A stretch of 64,000 nucleotides of DNA from Deltaproteobacteria bacterium HGW-Deltaproteobacteria-19 (GTDB lineage: Bacteria > Desulfobacterota > Syntrophia > Syntrophales > PHBD01), in assembly GCA_002841865.1 (NCBI GenBank), contig PHBD01000006.1:39883-103882 (forward strand), written 5' to 3'. Positions 18,536 to 27,198 of this stretch are shown here, in pieces. The position numbers and the translations under genes were made by a program. How positions within the stretch are numbered: position 1 is the first letter of the stretch; every line of letters starts with the position of its first letter. The notes under the pieces were generated by a model. That model ran no database searches. It had not been told where the DNA came from and saw nothing but the letters and a program-made list of their open reading frames with translations.

Positions 18536-19448
18536 CGCCTTTCCCGCGGGCGCGGGTTTTGTAAAAACGCAGCGGGATGATGACAGCAAAGTAGGGAATG
18601 AGGTACATCGCCGCCACCGTGGGCTCCAGGGGGCCGAAGAACCGGGAGGCGAAGACGATGACCAAAACGTTGTTGATGTTTCCGGCGGCGACAGCCCCGG
18701 CGAGCCGGTCCGCGACGGGTCCCTTCCGGAAGAGAAGGCATCCCGGCACGGCGAAGAGGCCGCACAGGAGGGTCGCCACCGCTGTCGCCTCGATCAGGAG
18801 GGCCGGTTCCCGGCGAAAGAAGTCGGCGTACTGCGAGAAAACGCCGAGGTTGATCACGGCAAACAGCACCAGCGAGATCGGGTAGTTCAGCTTCATCAGC
18901 GGCGGCAGCGTGCGTGGCGCCCAGCGCCGGAGGATCTCGACGGCAATGATGGGGATGAAGATCACCGTGGCCAGCATCCGGATCATGTCGATGAAGGAGA
19001 GCTCCACGGCCTGCCCCAGAAGCAGCTCCACCAGGAGCGGCAGCGTGACGGGGACCAGGGGTGAGGTCACCACGACCATGACCATGACGAGGGCGCTGTT
19101 TCCTCCCACCACGTTGGATATGAATGGGGCCGTGACGCCCGTAGAGACAGCCGCCAGAAGGAGCGCCGACATGGCATAGGCAGGGGCCAGGAAGAGAAAG
19201 AGATAGTAGATCGCCACGGGCAGGAGAAGGAGCTTGAAGAGGGTGAACAGCACGACCGCGCCGGGCGACCGTTTCAGGAGAGCCCCGATTTCATCCAGCC
19301 GGACCGTTAGGAAGCTCAGGAAGAAGAGGACCATCAGGAAATGCTGCGGATAGGGCTGAAACGCGGCTCCGAGACGGGGAAAGAGGACGGCCGCCAGGAT
19401 GGAGGCGTAGACGATCAGGAGGAGAACGTAATCCTTCGCGCGCAGCAT
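18501..19448 (-). CDS. Bile acid:Na+ symporter (BASS/ACR3-like) family transporter
   Basis: Polytopic membrane protein of about 315 aa. The start is taken at 'MLRAKDY' (ATG 19448), though the ORF extends to 19484. The 3' end overlaps the convergent dctM by 35 nt. Confidence 0.7.
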   Translation of the reverse strand: MLRAKDYVLLLIVYASILAAVLFPRLGAAFQPYPQHFLMVLFFLSFLTVRLDEIGALLKRSPGAVVLFTLFKLLLLPVAIYYLFLFLAPAYAMSALLLAAVSTGVTAPFISNVVGGNSALVMVMVVVTSPLVPVTLPLLVELLLGQAVELSFIDMIRMLATVIFIPIIAVEILRRWAPRTLPPLMKLNYPISLVLFAVINLGVFSQYADFFRREPALLIEATAVATLLCGLFAVPGCLLFRKGPVADRLAGAVAAGNINNVLVIVFASRFFGPLEPTVAAMYLIPYFAVIIPLRFYKTRARGKGAKGLRQEKPPE

Positions 19449-19683
19449 GATTTCCTTGATGCCGGCCCGGCCCTTCGGATGCAAACCCCGGCGGGGGCCG
19501 GCGAGGCGACAGTGTACCCGATCCCTCTCCGGTTGTCAGGCGATAATTTCCCGGTCATGGGGATGTGTACCGAGCGGTCGGGAAGACACCGGGTCAAGAT
19601 CGCAGCGATCCTTCCACTCCTATTGCCGCCGGCAGGCAAGGGAAAAGGAGTCGTCCATAAATTCCGTTGCCCCGTCGATCCCG

Positions 19684-19689
19684 TATAAT
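19684..19689 (+). promoter_or_regulatory. Consensus -10 box upstream of the fabH-like gene
   Basis: A perfect TATAAT in a GC-rich context, 42 nt upstream of ATG 19731. The -35 region is poor (TTCCGT at 19662-19667). Confidence 0.35.
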
Positions 19690-19730
19690 GTAGAATCCCT
19701 CCCCTATTGTCGCGGCCGGAGGAAGGAACC

Positions 19731-20711
19731 ATGATGAGCGCCGTCATCCGCGCCACCGGCAGCCACGTGCCGGAACGGGCCGTTTCCAACGAGGAACTGG
19801 AACAGTTTTCGCCGGAGGCCCGGGAGATGATTTTCCAGAAAACGGGGGTTCGCTCGCGGAGGCAGGCCGCTCCGGATGAGTGCACCTCCGATCTGGCGCT
19901 CAAGGCGGCCAGGATCTGCCTGGACAGGGCAGGGTTCCCGGCAAGCGACCTCGATGGAGTCGTGGTGGCCACGTCTTCCCCGGACAGGATGCAGCCGGCC
20001 ACTGCGACGAGGGTCCAGCACAACCTGGGGGCCAGCAAAGCCTTTGCCTTCGACATCAACTCCGTCTGCTCCGGCAGCACCTTCGGCATCGCCCTGGCGG
20101 ACGCCTTTCTCCGGTCCGGCCAGGCGCAGAATCTTCTTCTCGTCGGCTCGGAGGTTTACTCGAAAATCACCAACCCGAAGGATTTTTCCTCCTATCCCTT
20201 CTTCGGGGACGGCGCCGGAGCGGTCCTGTTCTCCGCTGAGAGCGGGTCGGAACGGGGGGTGCTTCGCTCCTGCATGCAGAGCGACGGCGGAATGAGTGAT
20301 GTGATCTGCGTCCCCGCCGGAGGGACGATGCTCCCCTTCGATCGGATGGTTTCTCCCCGGCAGGCTTATTTCCGGATGAAAGGAGTCGATGTCTTCGGCT
20401 TCGCCGTGGAGAAGGGGCCGGAGATCATCCGGCGGCTTCTGTCGGAGGCCGGCGTGGCCCCCGGGGATGTGGCCGGGTACCTGTGCCACCAGGCCAACAT
20501 CAACATCATCCGCAAGATCGCTGTGGCGCTGGAGGTTCCGGAGGAGCGGTTTTTTGTCAACATCCACGAGTATGGAAACACCGCGGGAGCCTCGGTTCTG
20601 ATTGCCCTGGACGAGGCCCTAGCGACAGGCGCCGTCGGTTCCGGGGACCTGGTTGTGACGGTGTCCTTCGGGGGGGGGTTGTCCTGGGGGGCGAACCTGA
20701 TCCGCCTGTGA
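19731..20711 (+). CDS. 3-oxoacyl-ACP synthase III (FabH-like KAS III)
   Basis: Catalytic Cys 'DINSVCSGS', His 'LCHQANINIIRK' and Asn 'EYGNTAGAS'. GGAGGAAGG lies upstream of the ATG. Confidence 0.88.
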   Translation: MMSAVIRATGSHVPERAVSNEELEQFSPEAREMIFQKTGVRSRRQAAPDECTSDLALKAARICLDRAGFPASDLDGVVVATSSPDRMQPATATRVQHNLGASKAFAFDINSVCSGSTFGIALADAFLRSGQAQNLLLVGSEVYSKITNPKDFSSYPFFGDGAGAVLFSAESGSERGVLRSCMQSDGGMSDVICVPAGGTMLPFDRMVSPRQAYFRMKGVDVFGFAVEKGPEIIRRLLSEAGVAPGDVAGYLCHQANINIIRKIAVALEVPEERFFVNIHEYGNTAGASVLIALDEALATGAVGSGDLVVTVSFGGGLSWGANLIRL

Positions 20712-20717
20712 CGGGCC

Positions 20718-20837
20718 GTTGAAAAAGGGCTGTCTGCGGCGTTGCCCTCACCCTGAGCAGCTCGACGTACGAAAAAGTACGCCTCGCAGCTCAGGATTTC
20801 GGGCGCCTTGCATTCAACCCTTTTTGAACGGCCCGGA
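20718..20837 (+). repeat. 120-bp palindromic (REP/MITE-like) intergenic element, copy 1
   Basis: Terminal arms GTTGAAAAAGGG...CCCTTTTTGAAC and a central hairpin CTGAGCAGCTCGACGTAC-GAAAAA-GTACGCCTCGCAGCTCAG. It begins 7 nt after the fabH-like stop. Confidence 0.85.
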
Positions 20838-20859
20838 CAAGCGGGAAAATAGACCGGCT

Positions 20860-20979
20860 GTTGAAAAACGCCCGTCTGCGGCGTTGCCCTTACCCTGAGC
20901 AGCTCGACGTACGAAAAAGTACGCCTCGCAGCTCAGGATTTCGGGCGCCTTGCATTCAACCCTTTTTGAACGGCCCGGA
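20860..20979 (+). repeat. 120-bp palindromic element, copy 2 (tandem)
   Basis: Identical to copy 1 over the 3' ~85 bp, differing only near positions 10-14 and 31-32. A 22-bp spacer separates the copies. Confidence 0.85.
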
Positions 20980-21057
20980 ACGGTAATTGACAGGCAGGTT
21001 GCTGAAAGACATCCGCTCAAGGTTCCTATTGATTACAATCTCATGAGGTGAACACCC

Positions 21058-21300
21058 ATGAACGAGATACTCACGAAGATCAAGGCTGGCATCCTGGACA
21101 TATTCCCCGATGCGGCGGCCATTGAAATCACCCTCGAAACGAAACTTGGCGATATCCCCGAGTGGGACTCCATCGCCGCGGTGAATCTGCAGACATATCT
21201 CCAGGAAACCTTTACGGTCCGCATCCCCCTGGACCTCATGAGCGACGAGACGACCATCGGGGAGATGACGGCATTCATCGGCAAGCGCACAGCAAAATAA
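21058..21300 (+). CDS. Acyl carrier protein (phosphopantetheine-binding)
   Basis: 80 aa. 'LGDIPEWDSIAAVNLQTYLQETF' carries the DS attachment motif. GAGGTG lies upstream of the ATG. Confidence 0.75.
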   Translation: MNEILTKIKAGILDIFPDAAAIEITLETKLGDIPEWDSIAAVNLQTYLQETFTVRIPLDLMSDETTIGEMTAFIGKRTAK

Positions 21301-21348
21301 AAAAGCCGGGTGCTTGTCCGGCGGGGTCATGAATGCCCCGGCCGGATC

Positions 21349-23010
21349 ATGCGGGAGGGCGGCATGGACCCTTTCGGCATCGCAGAGGCCTTCCAGAGGC
21401 TGGAGGGTTCGTGGCGGGGGAGCTCCGGGGAACTGAACGTCCGGATCCTGGACCTGATTGTCGGACTTCAGCGCACCTCGATGGAGGAATTTGCCAAGTT
21501 CGCCAGCACCGTTCCGGAAAAACCGCCTGCCGATGGGAAACCCGGTGAGAGCCTGTTGGATGCGGTCCGGCAGAACTCCGAGGCCGCCCGGAAAGTCCAT
21601 GGGCATTACACCGCCTGGCTCCGGGACATGGTTGAACGGGGGCCCGGCCTCAGCGCCCGGGAGCGCGGCCGCGCCGCCTTCTGGATCCGCCAGCTCGTTC
21701 AGGCCCTGTCTCCGGCCAATTCCTTCTGGACCAATCCCGCCGCCGTTCTCCGATGCCTGACTTCGGACGGGGAGAGCCTCCGCCGGGGGATCCTCCGCTG
21801 GATCGAAGACCAGGGCCGAGGCGAGTTTCTGCCCCCGATGGTTGACCGGACCGCATTTCAACCGGGGAACAACATCGGCACCACGGAGGGTGCCGTGGTC
21901 CACCGGAACGACCTGATGGAGCTGATCCAGTACCGGCCGGCAACCAACAGGGTTTACGCCGTCCCCGTGGTCTTCATCCAGCCTTGGATTAATAAATATT
22001 ACGTTTTCGACCTGGAGGAAGAGACGAGCTTCGTCCGGTATCTCATCCGGAACGGCTTCACCGTCTTCATCACGAGCTGGCGAAACCCCGATCCGGAGAT
22101 GCGCGGCGTCACCTTCGACGATTACATGCTCCGGGGAGCCCTGGAGGCCGTCCGGGCGGCCAGGTCCATCTGCCGGGCCAAAGCGGTTCACGCCGCCGGA
22201 TACTGCATCGGCGGGACCGTCCTGGCGGCCCTGATGGCCTGGCTGGCCGCGGGACGCCGCGGCGGGGAAGGGCCCGTGGCAGATTGGACCCTCTTTTCCA
22301 CCCTGGCGGACTTTTCCGAGCCGGGGGAACTCGGTTTCCTCGTGACTCACCGGTCCGTGGCCTTCGTTGAGGGCCTGATGGAGCAGAAGGGCATCCTGGA
22401 CGGAAGCCTCATCGACGCCTCCTTCCGGCTCCTCCGGGCGGATAGCCTGATCTGGCGGAACTTCGTGAACTGCTACCTCTACGGCTGCGATCCGCCGAAG
22501 TCGAGCGTCCTTTACTGGAACAGCGACTCGACAAACCTCCCCGAGGCCATGGCTTCCTTTTATTTTCGGAAATTTTACCTGGAAAACCGGTTTTCCGAGC
22601 CGGGCGGCCTGATCCTCGGCGGCCGCCCTCTTGACCTGGGGCGGGTCGGGGAGCCGCTATATGCCGTGGGAGCCTTGCTCGACCACATCAGCCCCTGGCG
22701 GGGGACCTTCCGTACTTGCCGTCTGGCAGGCGGACCCGTCCGGTACGTTCTGGCCGGGGACGGCCACATTACGGGGATCGTGAATCCGCCGTCGGAATTC
22801 GGGAAGAAACGCTATTGGGCGGGTGAGGACGGCCTGGACGGCGACCCCGACGCCTGGCTTTCGGGAAGGAAGGAACGGCCGGGATCCTGGTGGGAGGACT
22901 GGACGGAATGGCTTGCCCGGCGGAGTGGACCCTCCGGCCCGCCGCCTCCTCTGGGCAACCGCCGCCATCCCGCCCGGGAGAAGGCCCCCGGGACGTATGT
23001 TTTCGGGTAA
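21349..23010 (+). CDS. phaC: Class I poly(3-hydroxyalkanoate) synthase (PhaC)
   Basis: Lipase box 'GYCIGG' plus 'LLDHISPW' (Asp) and 'GDGHITGIVNPP' (His). 'FIQPWINKYYVFDL' is a PhaC N-domain motif. The start is uncertain (21310 GTG, 21349 or 21364 ATG). Confidence 0.88.
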   Translation: MREGGMDPFGIAEAFQRLEGSWRGSSGELNVRILDLIVGLQRTSMEEFAKFASTVPEKPPADGKPGESLLDAVRQNSEAARKVHGHYTAWLRDMVERGPGLSARERGRAAFWIRQLVQALSPANSFWTNPAAVLRCLTSDGESLRRGILRWIEDQGRGEFLPPMVDRTAFQPGNNIGTTEGAVVHRNDLMELIQYRPATNRVYAVPVVFIQPWINKYYVFDLEEETSFVRYLIRNGFTVFITSWRNPDPEMRGVTFDDYMLRGALEAVRAARSICRAKAVHAAGYCIGGTVLAALMAWLAAGRRGGEGPVADWTLFSTLADFSEPGELGFLVTHRSVAFVEGLMEQKGILDGSLIDASFRLLRADSLIWRNFVNCYLYGCDPPKSSVLYWNSDSTNLPEAMASFYFRKFYLENRFSEPGGLILGGRPLDLGRVGEPLYAVGALLDHISPWRGTFRTCRLAGGPVRYVLAGDGHITGIVNPPSEFGKKRYWAGEDGLDGDPDAWLSGRKERPGSWWEDWTEWLARRSGPSGPPPPLGNRRHPAREKAPGTYVFG

Positions 23011-23025
23011 TCCCCGCGCGCGGAT

Positions 23026-23940
23026 CTAACCCGTCAGCCCCTTGTACACCTTTTCGTTCAACGGCGTGGGAATGCCCAGCTCTTTTCCCGCCCGGACGAT
23101 GTAACCGTTGAACAGTTCGATCTCCGTGGGGTTTCCCTTCTCGAAATCCAGCTGCAGGGATGTCTTCGTCGCCGGTGGAAACCCGGCCACCTTGGCGATG
23201 GACTCCTCCACGATGTTCGCCGGCAGGGCCACGCCTTTCGCCCGGGCGATGGCCTCCACCTCCTCCATCAGGCCCTTCAGGAACGCCCGGCTGTTCGGAT
23301 TTTCCATGATTTCGCCGAAGGTTTTCTTCTGGAGCGCCGTCAGCCCCGCGGAGGGGCAGATGAAGATGTATTTCGTCCAAAGGGGAACCAGTGGCTGGTC
23401 CGTGAGCGTGGCGTTGATGCCGGCTTTCTTGAGCAGCGCCTCGATCGGCCGGTACGGCTCGGCGTTGCCGTCCCGGGGCCCGAAGACGATCTGGTGGGCC
23501 AGGCTGACCTGCTTGATCTTTGCCGGCGCCTCGACGAAAGCGGAGACATAGACGAGGCCCTCCAGGACGTCGGATCCCGGCAGAATCGCTCTGAGCCGGT
23601 CGGCGATATCCACGCCGTTGAGGAGTGGAATGACCACTGACTTCTCCTGCGCAGCACTCTTCAGCCGGTCGGCTGCTTCATCCAGGGAGTATCCCTTGAC
23701 GCAGAACAGGACCAGGTCCAGTTTCCCCGCCTCTGCGGGCCGGTCCGTCGCCAGGTCCGGCCGGGTCGTGAAGGTCCCGTCCGCCGCGGCCAAGGTCAGG
23801 CCGTCCCGCCGGATCGCCCCCAGTTGGTCCCCCCGGGCCAAGAAGACGATCTCGTGTTCCCCCTTTCCAGCATACGCCCTGGCCAGCTTTGCGCCGAAGA
23901 CGCCCCCGACTCCTCCCATTCCCATCACTGCGATTCTCAT
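23026..23940 (-). CDS. panE: 2-dehydropantoate 2-reductase (ApbA/PanE family)
   Basis: 'MRIAVMGMGGVGGVFGAKLA' Rossmann N-terminus, 'LWTKYIFICP' and a C-terminal 'TSLQLDFEKGNPTEIE' block. Confidence 0.85.
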   Translation of the reverse strand: MRIAVMGMGGVGGVFGAKLARAYAGKGEHEIVFLARGDQLGAIRRDGLTLAAADGTFTTRPDLATDRPAEAGKLDLVLFCVKGYSLDEAADRLKSAAQEKSVVIPLLNGVDIADRLRAILPGSDVLEGLVYVSAFVEAPAKIKQVSLAHQIVFGPRDGNAEPYRPIEALLKKAGINATLTDQPLVPLWTKYIFICPSAGLTALQKKTFGEIMENPNSRAFLKGLMEEVEAIARAKGVALPANIVEESIAKVAGFPPATKTSLQLDFEKGNPTEIELFNGYIVRAGKELGIPTPLNEKVYKGLTG

Positions 23941-24228
23941 GACCGGTGCCCTCCCTGAATGCGTGATATCTTGTTATTTGGAATGTGTTTTTTCATTTAT
24001 CACAAGGCCATGCCGGAGGACACCCGAAATTCGAACGTCTTTCCGGTTGCAAAGAGCGGTATCATCCGCGATATATGCGGCGATCGGCAATGGAGAGGGT
24101 TGCCATGGGGCGTTCCCCCGGCCGCGCTCCCGCGAACATGAGGGAGACGGGAATGCGGAGATACGCATCCCCCAGCGGCAAAATCATTGGTGTGGCAGTG
24201 CATAACGATGGGTGTTTGGGAGGAAGAA

Positions 24229-24633
24229 ATGAACCATAAAGGAATCTGGGTCGTTGTCGGTATCCTGGTGATGACGTTTTTCTGCGGATCCGCCCTCGCG
24301 GCGCCGGGCCGGCTATCGGTAGCGGCCGGAAAGGCCGTGACGTACGTTTGCGATAATGGGGACCGCATCCTGGCGACTTACTACCAGCTTTCCGACGGCA
24401 GCCTCTCCTTTGTGAAGGTCCGCCTGCCCGATGCGAAGGAACACACGCTGCCCCAGGCGCTTTCTGCCTCAGGTTCCCGGTACACCGATGAAAGGGAACT
24501 GGTGTGGTGGATCAAGGGGGATGCGGCCTTTGCAGAAGTCCGGGATGCCGGGGGCGAGTGGAAGCCGAAATACCGGGACTGCCGGGTGGCGGGTGAGGGC
24601 AGGGGATCCCGGAAGGCTGTTCGGAGGCCCTAG
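24229..24633 (+). CDS. mliC: MliC-family (lysozyme inhibitor-like) periplasmic protein
   Basis: Signal peptide 'VVVGILVMTFFCGSALA'. 'VTYVCDNGDRILATYY' and 'SGSRYTDERELVWWIKGDAAF' match MliC motifs. Confidence 0.7.
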   Translation: MNHKGIWVVVGILVMTFFCGSALAAPGRLSVAAGKAVTYVCDNGDRILATYYQLSDGSLSFVKVRLPDAKEHTLPQALSASGSRYTDERELVWWIKGDAAFAEVRDAGGEWKPKYRDCRVAGEGRGSRKAVRRP

Positions 24634-24740
24634 CGGTCGAACCGACTTGCAGGGGAGATGAGGGGGACCGGGTACGGAGGCGCCGCACCGAAATTCCTGA
24701 TACGGCTGGGACGGCAGATCGAGCGGGGGCCAGGAATTCC

Positions 24741-24769
24741 TTGACTTCCCGGCCCCGTTCCCGTAGGAT
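24741..24769 (+). promoter_or_regulatory. Candidate sigma70 promoter of the NIL-ferredoxin gene
   Basis: TTGACT (24741-24746), 17-nt spacer, TAGGAT (24764-24769), 32 nt upstream of the ATG. Confidence 0.45.
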
Positions 24770-24801
24770 TCCTGAAAATTCAAAGAGAAACGGGACGTTC
24801 C

Positions 24802-25212
24802 ATGTATTCCAGAAAGGTTGTCATCCGCTATACGGCAGACAATGTCGAACAGCCCATCATTTGTCATCTTGTCAAGCAGTACGACCTGGAGTTCAATATC
24901 CTCAAGGCCCGCATATTCCCCCGCCGGGACGGCATGATTGTCCTGGAACTGCGCGGTGCGAAGGAAAATTTCGACGAGGGGATCCAGTTCCTGCGGGAGA
25001 AGGGCCTGAAAGTGGAGCCCCTCTCCAAGAGTGTCAACCAGAACCGGGACCGGTGCGTCCACTGCGGGGCCTGCACGTCCTTCTGCCCAACCGGTGCCCT
25101 CGCGTTTGAAGCGGGATCGGCGAAAGTGGCCTTCGACGCGGAAAAATGCAATGGCTGCGAGCTTTGCGTCTCCGCCTGTCCCGTCCGCGCCATGGAGGTG
25201 GATCTGCTGTGA
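24802..25212 (+). CDS. NIL domain + 2x[4Fe-4S] ferredoxin fusion protein
   Basis: N-terminal 'VIRYTADNVEQPIICHLVKQYDLEFNILKARI' is an NIL domain. C-terminal 'CVHCGACTSFCP' and 'CNGCELCVSACP'. Confidence 0.8.
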   Translation: MYSRKVVIRYTADNVEQPIICHLVKQYDLEFNILKARIFPRRDGMIVLELRGAKENFDEGIQFLREKGLKVEPLSKSVNQNRDRCVHCGACTSFCPTGALAFEAGSAKVAFDAEKCNGCELCVSACPVRAMEVDLL

Positions 25213-25294
25213 CGCCCGCAAGGGGCGCGTCTACCGGCCCGGCCCGGAAGACGATCCGACCGTGCCGCAGCGGGGTCGGCCTTTCACCCCGCCT

Positions 25295-25645
25295 TCATCT
25301 GCCTTTCTCGGGTTTCTTCGTTTCCTTCCCGTCGCCGTTGACGGTGCGCTCAACGCCCTCGGTGATTTCCTTGCCCTTCTGGTAAACGCCCTTGCCCTTT
25401 TCGTACACCTTCTTGCTCGTGTCGATGACCTCGGAGGCCTGCTGCTTCGTCTTCTGGATGATGCTCTGGAGGTCCTTCGTGCCCTGGAAGTAGAAGTACC
25501 CGGCCATGCAGAGCAGAACAAGGGCGACGACGAGGGCCAGCTTCAGGAGCTGTTTGAAGAGGAAATAAAGAAGAATCAGGCACACGAAGATCAGGGCCAT
25601 CAGGGCGATAGGATGGGCGGACAGGTAGTGGGTGATGCCTTCCAT
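25295..25645 (-). CDS. Small membrane protein, unknown function
   Basis: 116 aa with two predicted TM helices followed by a Lys/Glu-rich tail. Convergent with the NIL-ferredoxin gene. Confidence 0.5.
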   Translation of the reverse strand: MEGITHYLSAHPIALMALIFVCLILLYFLFKQLLKLALVVALVLLCMAGYFYFQGTKDLQSIIQKTKQQASEVIDTSKKVYEKGKGVYQKGKEITEGVERTVNGDGKETKKPEKGR

Positions 25646-25812
25646 GAAGGGTCCTCCTTGCGAATTCGCGGCATTCTAATGCAGATGCGCCGAAATTTCC
25701 AGGAGTCCTTTGATCTTGACAAACGGAGGGCGGCCGCCGTAACAGGGGACGTTCCCCGGGCCGGGCGGAACAGCCCGGGAATCGTATCTGCAGCAGCATT
25801 TCAGGTGGTGAT

Positions 25813-27198
25813 TTGACCGACAGGAGCAATGAAGCGAAGCCGGTCGTGGCGCTGGCCACGCTGGGGTGCAAGGTCAACCAGTGCGAGACGGCGGCGATTG
25901 CCGAGGCACTCCGGGAAGCGGGTTTTTCCATGATCCCATTCCCGGGCAGAGCGGATATCTACATCATCAATACGTGCACCGTCACGGCCCGGACGGATTT
26001 CCAGTCCCGCCAGCTGATCCGGCGGGCCTGCCGGGCCAATCCGGAGGCCGTCGTAGTGGTCACCGGCTGCTATGCCCAGTGCCGCCCCGACGAGCTTCGC
26101 CGGATCCCCGGCATCCGCCTTATCGCGGGAAACGGCGAGAAGGAGCGGCTTCCGGAAATCCTGCAGGAAATCATCAGGGAGAAACGCCCCGCCGGGAAAG
26201 AACCCTCCGTCGAGGTCGGGGATATCCGGGAATGCCGCGAAGCGGGCCGCCTGTGGGCCGGGTCTTTCCCCGATCATACCCGGGCGTTCCTGAAGATCCA
26301 GGACGGCTGCGACGCCGCGTGCAGCTACTGCACCGTTCCCCGGGCCCGGGGTCCCGTCCGGAGCGTTCCTCTCCCGGAGGTATTGCATCGCCTCCAACAG
26401 CTGGCGGAGGCCGGATATCGGGAAGTCGTGCTGACGGGGATCCACCTGGGGGCTTACGGCCGGGACCTGCATGAAGGCGGGGACCTCACGGATCTGTTGA
26501 TGCGGATCGAGGACGGCGGCATTGTGGAGCGTCTGCGTCTCAGTTCCATCGAGCCCGGGGAGATCACCGACCGGATGCTGGCGCTGCTTCGCAGGGGAAA
26601 GCACCTGTGCCGCCACCTGCATATCCCGCTCCAGAGCGGCGACGACGGGATCCTGCGGGCCATGAACCGGACGTACGGGGTGGACTTCTATCGGGCGCTG
26701 GTGGAACGGATCGCCGGGGAGATCCCCGACTGCGCCGTCGGAGCCGACGTCATGGCGGGTTTCCCCGGGGAGGACGGCCGGGCATTTGCGAATACGGCCC
26801 GCCTGATCGAAGACCTGCCGCTGGCCTACCTGCATGTGTTTCCCTATTCCCGGAGGCCCGGGACGCCGGCGGCGGATTTTCAGGAACAGGTCGGCGACGG
26901 GGAGAAGAAGACGCGGGCGGCGGTTCTGCGGGATCTGGGGGGGCAAAAGCGGCGGGACTTTGCGGCGCGTTTCGTCGGGAAGGAAGTGACAGTCCTTCTG
27001 GAGGAAAGGAAGGACCGGGAGACGGGACTCCGGAAAGGGTTTTCCGGAGAATACGTACCCGTCCTGGTAACCAATGGAGAAAAAAAGCATGTTAACCGGC
27101 TGGTTCCGGTGGTTCCGGTGGAATCGCGGGAAGGAAGACTGGTGGGGGCGATCGGCACCCCTGACCCGGAAGCGGCGGATCGCCCTTCGGGTGCTTGA
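25813..27198 (+). CDS. mtaB: tRNA methylthiotransferase, MiaB-like (MtaB)
   Basis: UPF0004 'TLGCKVNQCE' and radical SAM 'GCDAACSYCTVP', plus a TRAM-like C-terminus. The start is uncertain (TTG 25813 or GTG 25846). Confidence 0.85.
   Translation: MTDRSNEAKPVVALATLGCKVNQCETAAIAEALREAGFSMIPFPGRADIYIINTCTVTARTDFQSRQLIRRACRANPEAVVVVTGCYAQCRPDELRRIPGIRLIAGNGEKERLPEILQEIIREKRPAGKEPSVEVGDIRECREAGRLWAGSFPDHTRAFLKIQDGCDAACSYCTVPRARGPVRSVPLPEVLHRLQQLAEAGYREVVLTGIHLGAYGRDLHEGGDLTDLLMRIEDGGIVERLRLSSIEPGEITDRMLALLRRGKHLCRHLHIPLQSGDDGILRAMNRTYGVDFYRALVERIAGEIPDCAVGADVMAGFPGEDGRAFANTARLIEDLPLAYLHVFPYSRRPGTPAADFQEQVGDGEKKTRAAVLRDLGGQKRRDFAARFVGKEVTVLLEERKDRETGLRKGFSGEYVPVLVTNGEKKHVNRLVPVVPVESREGRLVGAIGTPDPEAADRPSGA

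Noticed and set aside
24634-24801. SAM or other riboswitch upstream of the NIL-ferredoxin gene.
   Set aside because: The promoter-like site at 24741-24769 leaves only ~30 nt of leader, which is too short for a riboswitch.
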